DNA of 64,000 nucleotides from Ideonella sp. (GTDB lineage Bacteria; Pseudomonadota; Gammaproteobacteria; Burkholderiales; Burkholderiaceae_C): NCBI GenBank assembly GCA_035911095.1, contig JAMHWF010000005.1, positions 126,093 to 190,092 of the forward strand, read 5' to 3'. Shown piece by piece: positions 56,801 to 62,176 of this stretch (position 1 is its first letter; each line of letters starts with the position of its first letter). The notes under the pieces were generated by a model. It saw only the letters and a program-made list of their open reading frames with translations, ran no database searches and was not told where the DNA came from. The position numbers and the translations under genes were made by a program.

Positions 56801-58051
56801 CTCGGCGCCAACACGGTGCTGAAGGGCAGCACCGTGACCCTGGCGGGCGGCGCTGACGGCAGCAGCCCGGGGGGCCAGTCGCTGGCGATCGTCGGCAACG
56901 CCGTGATCGGCGGCGCGGTCGGCGCGCAGAACGCGCTGGCGTCGCTGAGCATCAGCGGCAGCACGGCGCTTGAAGGGGCCAGCGTCACCACCACCGGCCA
57001 CCAGCAGTACGGCGGCGCGGTGCAGGTGAACGGGAACAGCAGCCTGCGCAGCACCGGCGGCTCGTTGAACTTCGCCTCGACGATCGACAGCCCCAACGGG
57101 GCGAACCTGTCGATCACCAGCGACGCCGGCGCGGTCGCGGTGGCCGGCGCGGTCGGCTCGACCGGTGCGCCGGGCGTGCTGACGGTGCATGCCGCCACGA
57201 CGCTCGACTTCTCGGGCAGCGTGCGGGCCTACGAGATCAACACCTCGGGCACGAGCGGGCTCACGCGTTTCGGCGGCAGCGTGCAGGCCGACGGCCCTGG
57301 CGGCATCAACGTCAGCGGCGCGAGCATCGAGTTCCAGCAGGCGGTGACCGCGAGCCAGGGGGCGCTGAAGGTGGTCAACACCAGCCCGACCGGCACCCTG
57401 AGCTTCGCCCCGGAGGCCTCCGTGTATGCGGCCACCGGCTTCACCCAGTCCGGCGGCGCGGCCATCACGCTGCCGGCGCGGGTCTACGTGGAGCGCGGGC
57501 CGATCACGCTCGAGGCTCCGGCCACGCTGCCGAGCGGCGACGCGCTGATCGAGACCGAAGGCGACATCACGATCACCGGCCTGCACGGCCCGGCGACGAA
57601 CCTGACCCTGGCGACGGGCCATGGCCCGGCGGTGAGCCCGGGGGCAGGCGCTTTGCGGGTCGGCCTCCGCGACGACAACCCCGCGCACAAGCTCGACGTG
57701 CTAAGCCTCACGGTTCCGGATGCCGCATCGGCCCGGTTGTACGGCAGCATCGACGGCCGGACGGGGGCGGCCGCCGCCTCCCTGATCAAGACCAGCCTGT
57801 GGGGCAGCCCGTACTTCATGAACGACGCGGCCTGGGCGCCGCCGCTGCTGGTGTATCAACCGCTGGTGACCGGGCTGACGGCCATCACCGTGCGGCGCAG
57901 CGTCGTGCCGAGCACGCCGCTGCTTGACCAGCTGTTCGCTGGCGAGCCGTCGAGCGAAGGGATCGCAGCGAATGCCCTCGACGTGTATCTGGCGCCCGAG
58001 GTGCTGACGGTGCGCGAGGCGGGCGAGCCGGCGACCCCAGCCAAACCCTGA
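44801..58051 (+). CDS. Giant two-partner-secretion exoprotein (TpsA, filamentous haemagglutinin-like adhesin), 4416 aa
   Basis: The N-terminal TPS (haemagglutination activity) domain reads [13 protein letters not shown]...[21 protein letters not shown]...[34 protein letters not shown]. More than 4000 aa of Gly/Ala/Ser/Thr/Asp-rich beta-helix-type repeats follow. The gene starts 18 nt after tpsB. Confidence 0.95.
   Translation: [4416 protein letters not shown]
44960..45800 (+). other. TPS secretion domain of TpsA (approximate bounds)
   Basis: The conserved TPS motifs, including [10 protein letters not shown] (about aa 140), fall in this interval. The boundaries were judged by eye. Confidence 0.7.
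46640..53700 (+). repeat. Degenerate long-period coding repeats inside tpsA (about 17-19 modules, commonest spacing about 390-420 nt)
   Basis: The anchor motif G-S-I-L-D-D-G-x(3)-R-I-x-A-x-x-V-x-L recurs. Clear examples start near 47960, 48351, 48752, 49373 and 49763. Each is followed by IG..., L.L.A.G.LY(V/L), L(T/S)xL(S/G), L.F.V(T/G)D and (V/I)G.VD(V/A)G. Conservation is at the protein level only; I saw no long exact DNA repeats. Confidence 0.7.
56100..57210 (+). repeat. Second repeat class in tpsA: four units anchored by T(T)G-x-Q-x-Y(G/H)
   Basis: The anchors are [10 protein letters not shown] (about 56130), [10 protein letters not shown] (about 56470), [10 protein letters not shown] (about 56760) and [10 protein letters not shown] (about 56990). 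They are spaced 76-121 aa apart, and each is followed by L.G...L.G..V.F.G.IDG. Confidence 0.6.
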
Positions 58052-58067
58052 CGAGAGAGGAGCCCCG

Positions 58068-58799
58068 ATGACCAGCGAGACCCTGCCCCTGTTCTACAGC
58101 CAGCCGAAGGTGCTGCACCCTGGCGTGCACGCCGGGCGTTCGCTCGCCCGCACGGACCACTACGGCTTCGCTGCACGCGCCAACGCGGTGCCGCTGTTGG
58201 CGGCCGAGGTGCCGGCGGTCGCGCGGCGCCTGCCGGTGGTGTTCGCCGGCGGCGAGGTGCCGCTGCCGGTGGCCGTGCTCGGCCTGGCCGACGGCCAGAA
58301 CCTCTGCGTCGACGAGCAGGGGCGCTGGCAGACCGGCAGCTATGTGCCGGCCTACCTGCGGCGCTACCCGTTCATCTTCCTGGAGGACGAGGGACGCAAG
58401 CAGCTGACGCTGTGCGTGGACGAGGCGGCGCTGGCACCAGCGGGCGAAGGCGCGCATCCGCTGTTCGACACCAACGGCGAGCCTTCGACGCTGACCCGCA
58501 GCGCGCTGGCCTTCTGCCGCGACTACCAGGCGCACCACCTGCTGACGGTGGCCTTCGGCGAGGCCCTCGCCGCCGCCGAGCTGCTGGTGGAACGGCGGGC
58601 CGACATCTCGCTGCAAGACGGCCAGAAGCTCAGCCTCACGGGCTTCAAGGTGATCGACGAAGCCCGCTTCAACCAGCTGACCGGCGAGCAGCTCGTCGAG
58701 TGGCGCGCCAAGGGCTGGCTCGCGCTGGTCTACAGCCACCTGCAGTCGATCGAGAACTGGGCACCGTTGCTCGACCTGGGGTCGCGGTCCTCCGCCTGA
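58068..58799 (+). CDS. SapC family protein (PF07277-like), cytoplasmic
   Basis: The family hallmarks as I recall them are present: VPLLAAEVPAVARRLPVVF, LGLADGQNLCVDEQGRW, YVPAYLRRYPFIF, PLFD.NGEPS, LTGFKVIDEARFNQL and GWLALVYSHLQSI. There is no signal peptide. A strong SD (GAGAGAGGAG) is present and the start lies 16 nt after the tpsA stop. Confidence 0.8.
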   Translation: MTSETLPLFYSQPKVLHPGVHAGRSLARTDHYGFAARANAVPLLAAEVPAVARRLPVVFAGGEVPLPVAVLGLADGQNLCVDEQGRWQTGSYVPAYLRRYPFIFLEDEGRKQLTLCVDEAALAPAGEGAHPLFDTNGEPSTLTRSALAFCRDYQAHHLLTVAFGEALAAAELLVERRADISLQDGQKLSLTGFKVIDEARFNQLTGEQLVEWRAKGWLALVYSHLQSIENWAPLLDLGSRSSA

Positions 58800-58857
58800 C
58801 CGAAACCCGCCGCCGCGGCAGGGCCGCCCGCCGCCGAGGCGGCGGCGTGTCGCACCG

Positions 58858-59928
58858 TCAGTCGAACAGGCCCGTCGCGTCGCGCGGCGGCGCGAGGCCC
58901 AGGTGGCGGAACGCGCTCGCGGTCGCGATGCGGCCGCGCGGCGTGCGCTGCAGGTAGCCCTGCTGGATCAGGTAGGGCTCGATCACGTCCTCGATCGTGC
59001 CCGGCTCCTCGCCGATCGCCGCCGCCACGTTGTCCAGCCCGACCGGGCCGCCGTCGAAGCGGTGGATCACCGCCTCGAGCAGCTTGCGGTCCATCAGGTC
59101 GAAGCCCTGCGCGTCGACGTCGAGCATCGCCAGCGCGCGGTCGGCGAGCGTGCGCACGATGCGCCCGTCGGCCTTCACCTGCGCGTAGTCGCGCACGCGG
59201 CGTAGCAGCCGGTTCGCGATGCGCGGCGTGCCGCGCGAGCGGCGCGCGATCTCCAGCGCGCCCTCGGCGTCGATCGGCACCTCGAGCAGCGCGGCCGAGC
59301 GGGTGACGATGCGCGTCAGTTCCTCGTCGCTGTAGAACTCGAGCCGCGCGACGATGCCGAAGCGGTCGCGCAGCGGGTTGGTCAGCATGCCCGCGCGCGT
59401 GGTCGCGCCGACCAGCGTGAACGGCTGCAGGTCGAGCTTGATCGAGCGCGCGGCCGGGCCCTCGCCGATCATGATGTCGATCTGGTAGTCCTCCAGCGCC
59501 GGGTAGAGGATCTCCTCGACGACCGGGCTCAGGCGGTGGATCTCGTCGATGAACAGCACGTCGTGCCGCTCGAGGTTGGTGAGCAGCGCGGCCAGGTCCT
59601 TCGGCTTCTCGAGCACCGGGCCGCTGGTCTGGCGCAGGTTGACGCCGAGCTCGGCGGCGACGATGTGCGCGAGCGTCGTCTTGCCGAGCCCCGGCGGGCC
59701 GAACAGCAGCACGTGGTCGAGGGCCTCGGCGCGCTGCCGCGCCGCGCCGATGAAGACGCCGAGCTGCTCGCGCGCCTTCGCCTGGCCGACGTAGTCGTCG
59801 AGCGCCTTCGGCCGCAGCGCGCGTTCGATCGCCTCCTCGTTCGGCGAGGCCGGGCGGGCGCTCACGACCCGCGCCGCCCCCGGGGCGCCCGCGGCGGAAG
59901 CCGCGAAGTCGTCGGTGTGGATCGTCAC
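58858..59928 (-). CDS. ruvB: Holliday junction branch migration DNA helicase RuvB
   Basis: It contains [12 protein letters not shown], Walker A (GPPGLGKTT), Walker B (LFIDEIHRL), [15 protein letters not shown] and [15 protein letters not shown]. The start is a GTG with a GAGGAGG SD. Confidence 0.97.
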   Translation of the reverse strand: MTIHTDDFAASAAGAPGAARVVSARPASPNEEAIERALRPKALDDYVGQAKAREQLGVFIGAARQRAEALDHVLLFGPPGLGKTTLAHIVAAELGVNLRQTSGPVLEKPKDLAALLTNLERHDVLFIDEIHRLSPVVEEILYPALEDYQIDIMIGEGPAARSIKLDLQPFTLVGATTRAGMLTNPLRDRFGIVARLEFYSDEELTRIVTRSAALLEVPIDAEGALEIARRSRGTPRIANRLLRRVRDYAQVKADGRIVRTLADRALAMLDVDAQGFDLMDRKLLEAVIHRFDGGPVGLDNVAAAIGEEPGTIEDVIEPYLIQQGYLQRTPRGRIATASAFRHLGLAPPRDATGLFD

Positions 59929-60193
59929 CCGGGCCTCCTCGTGCCGCCGCGCGGCGGGCGCGTTGCCGCCGCGATGCGGCTTCGCTGCGCGGGCGCTCGT
60001 GTCGGCTGCGGCTTCATGCGTCGATTATCGTTGCGGCCCCCGCGCGAGCCGGCGCAGCGTCGCCAGGCCGAGAGCCTGCGCGGCCCGCGCCGCCCTGCCC
60101 GTGCGGGGCGAGCCGCACGCCCGACTGGGTTAGGGTTCAGGGCTCGCGCCCAGGCCGCCCACAGGCCGCGCACCTCACGAAAGGAGAACGTCG

Positions 60194-60697
60194 ATGAAGT
60201 CCTTCACCCGCACGGCGATCGCCGCTGCCCTCGCCGTGACCGCCGTTGCCGCCTCGGCCCAGACCAAGGTCACCGATGCCTGGGTGCGCGGCACCGTGCC
60301 GCAGCAGACCGGCACCGGGCTGTTCGCCAAGCTGACCTCGACGCAGGGCGGCAAGCTCGTCGCCGCCGAGTCGCCCGCCGCCGCCCTGGTGGAGGTGCAC
60401 GAGATGGTGATGGAGGACAACATCGCGAAGATGCGCGGCGTCGAGTCGGTCGAGCTGCCGCCGGGCAAGACGGTCGAGCTCAAGCCCGGCAGCTACCACG
60501 TGATGCTGCTCGACCTGACGAAGCCGCTGAAGGCCGGCGACAAGGTGCCCGTGACCTTCATCGTCGAAGGCCGCGATGGCAAGCAGGAGAGCATCACTGC
60601 CGAGGCCACGGTGCGCCCGCTCGGCAAGACCGACGACAAGTCGGCGGCCGGCGAGACGGACGACCTGCCCGAAGACCACCACGGCCACAAGCATTGA
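60194..60697 (+). CDS. Copper chaperone PCu(A)C (DUF461)
   Basis: It has a signal peptide and the Cu(I) motif H(M)x10Mx21HxM (VHEMVMEDNIAKMRG...GSYHVML). The C-terminal tail (EDHHGHKH) is His-rich. An AAGGAGA SD lies upstream. Confidence 0.85.
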   Translation: MKSFTRTAIAAALAVTAVAASAQTKVTDAWVRGTVPQQTGTGLFAKLTSTQGGKLVAAESPAAALVEVHEMVMEDNIAKMRGVESVELPPGKTVELKPGSYHVMLLDLTKPLKAGDKVPVTFIVEGRDGKQESITAEATVRPLGKTDDKSAAGETDDLPEDHHGHKH

Positions 60698-60754
60698 GGT
60701 CGAAGGGCCGGCCCCTGCGCGCGCCCGCCGCCGGCGCGACGCTTGGGCCGGTCA

Positions 60755-61327
60755 TCAGCGCGCGAGGGCCTTGAGCGCGAGCTTGATGCCTTCGCTGACG
60801 CCGATGTCCTGCGGCAGCGTCTTCAGCGTCGCGGCCGCCTCGCGGTCGCTGTAGCCGAGCGCGAGCAGCGCCTGCAGGATGTCGGCCTGGGCCTCGCTCG
60901 CGGCCGCCGCCGGCAGCGCGAGGTCGGGGCCGAGCTTGCCCTTGAGCTCGAGCAGCAGGCGTTCGGCCGTCTTCTTGCCGATGCCGGGCACCTTCACTAG
61001 GCGCGCGCTCTCCTGCAGGCTGACCGCCTGGGCGAGTTCGGCGACGCTCAGGCCCGACAGGATCGACAGCGCCGTGCGCGGCCCGACGCCGGCGATCTTC
61101 ACCAACTGGCGGAAGGTCGCGCGCTCGGGCGCCGAGAGGAAGCCGTAGAGCACCTGCGCGTCCTCGCGCACGACGAAGTGGGTCAGCAGCGTGACGCGCT
61201 CGCCCAGCCCGGGCAGGTGGAAGAACGTGCTCATCGGCACGTCGACCTCGTAGCCCACGCCGCCGGCGTCGATCAGCACCTGTGGCGGGTTCTTTTCGGC
61301 GAGCAGGCCGGTGAGGCGTCCGATCAT
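60755..61327 (-). CDS. ruvA: Holliday junction DNA helicase subunit RuvA
   Basis: It reads MIGRLTGLL...GGVGYEV and has HhH motifs ([28 protein letters not shown]). The C-terminal domain III contains ALLALGY. Confidence 0.95.
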   Translation of the reverse strand: MIGRLTGLLAEKNPPQVLIDAGGVGYEVDVPMSTFFHLPGLGERVTLLTHFVVREDAQVLYGFLSAPERATFRQLVKIAGVGPRTALSILSGLSVAELAQAVSLQESARLVKVPGIGKKTAERLLLELKGKLGPDLALPAAAASEAQADILQALLALGYSDREAAATLKTLPQDIGVSEGIKLALKALAR

Positions 61328-61446
61328 GGCGCGCGATTATGCGGGCGCGCCCTGGCGGGCGGGCGGCATCGCGGCGGTGACGATCGGGTGCGACCGCCGG
61401 TGCCGTCGGCCGCGAACGCGCCGGCGGGCAGGGCGGTGCGGCAGGG

Positions 61447-62100
61447 TCAGCGGTTGCGGCCGAACAGGCCCAGGCGCTGCGCTTCCAGCGCGGCCTCGGC
61501 GCGCGAGCTCACGTTGAGCTTGCGGTAGATCTGCTTCACGTAGTCGGCGATCGTGTGGCGCGACAGGCCGAGCTGCACGCCGATCTCGGGCAGCGTGAAG
61601 CCCTTGGCGACGCGCAGCAGCACCTCGCTCTCGCGCTCGGTGAGCTGCACGTGGGGCATCATGTCCACCTGCGGCTTCGGCTGCGACGCGAAGTACGAGA
61701 TGACCTTGCGGGCGATCGACGGCGACAGCGGCGGCTCGCCCGAGCTGATGCGCTGCAGCTGCTCGATGATCAGCGTGCGCGCCTGCTCCTTCAGGATGTA
61801 GCCGAAGGCGCCGGCCTGCAGGGCAGGGAACAGGTGCTCGTCGTCGTCGTGGATCGTCACCACCACCGAGCGCGCCTCGGGCTGCGCCTTCTGCAGCGCC
61901 GAGATCACGTCGACGCCCGAGCCGTCGGGCAGGCCCAGGTCGACCAGCGCGAGCTCGAAGTTGACGGCGCTGACGAGGCCGATCGCGTCATGCACGCGTG
62001 CGGCCTCGGACACATAGGCTTCGGGGAAGACCTGCAGCACCAGCGACTTGAGCCAGGTGCGGATCTCGGGAAGGTCCTCGAGCAGCAGGATGTTTTTCAT
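61447..62100 (-). CDS. LuxR/NarL family response regulator
   Basis: The receiver domain shows ILLLEDLP...LALVDLGLPDGSG. The C-terminal LuxR HTH reads LTERESEVLLRVAKGFTLPEIGVQLGLSRHTIADYVKQIYRKL. I prefer the ATG at 62100 over the ORF-track start at 62142. Confidence 0.9.
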   Translation of the reverse strand: MKNILLLEDLPEIRTWLKSLVLQVFPEAYVSEAARVHDAIGLVSAVNFELALVDLGLPDGSGVDVISALQKAQPEARSVVVTIHDDDEHLFPALQAGAFGYILKEQARTLIIEQLQRISSGEPPLSPSIARKVISYFASQPKPQVDMMPHVQLTERESEVLLRVAKGFTLPEIGVQLGLSRHTIADYVKQIYRKLNVSSRAEAALEAQRLGLFGRNR

Positions 62101-62176
62101 GGCGACACGCCCTTGACGGGCTCCGGACGATGCGGAGTGCAAGCCTAACAGCCTGCTTTCGCGCCGTGGAGGTCGC

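Noticed and set aside
46640-57210. Periodic repeats in DNA that might be mistaken for a CRISPR array or tandem-repeat locus.
   Set aside because: The periodicity exists only at the protein level, inside one continuous GC3-biased reading frame. There are no exact direct repeats with unique spacers.
45716-57688. A 3990-aa stop-free ORF on the minus strand, antisense to tpsA.
   Set aside because: It is exactly codon-aligned with tpsA (both coordinates are congruent mod 3). Stops in this frame could therefore arise only from sense codons TTA, CTA or TCA. A Gly/Ala/Ser/Thr-rich gene in a genome of about 70% GC simply never uses those codons. The translated product is Arg/Ala/Gly/Asp/Val low-complexity sequence with no motifs, no SD and no independent start context. 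It is a codon-usage mirror image, not a gene. Only Ribo-seq or proteomics could overturn this.
44801-58799. Reading the locus as a contact-dependent inhibition system (cdiB-cdiA-cdiI), with the downstream gene as the immunity gene.
   Set aside because: The gene order fits. However, I found no VENN or (E/Q)LYN pre-toxin boundary and no distinct toxin-sized C-terminal domain in TpsA. The downstream protein belongs to a widespread conserved family (SapC-like, 243 aa) rather than being a small variable orphan immunity protein. A profile search of the C-terminal 300 aa would settle this.
59929-61446. SOS (LexA) boxes upstream of ruvB or ruvA.
   Set aside because: No CTGT-N8-ACAG-type palindrome is visible in either upstream region.
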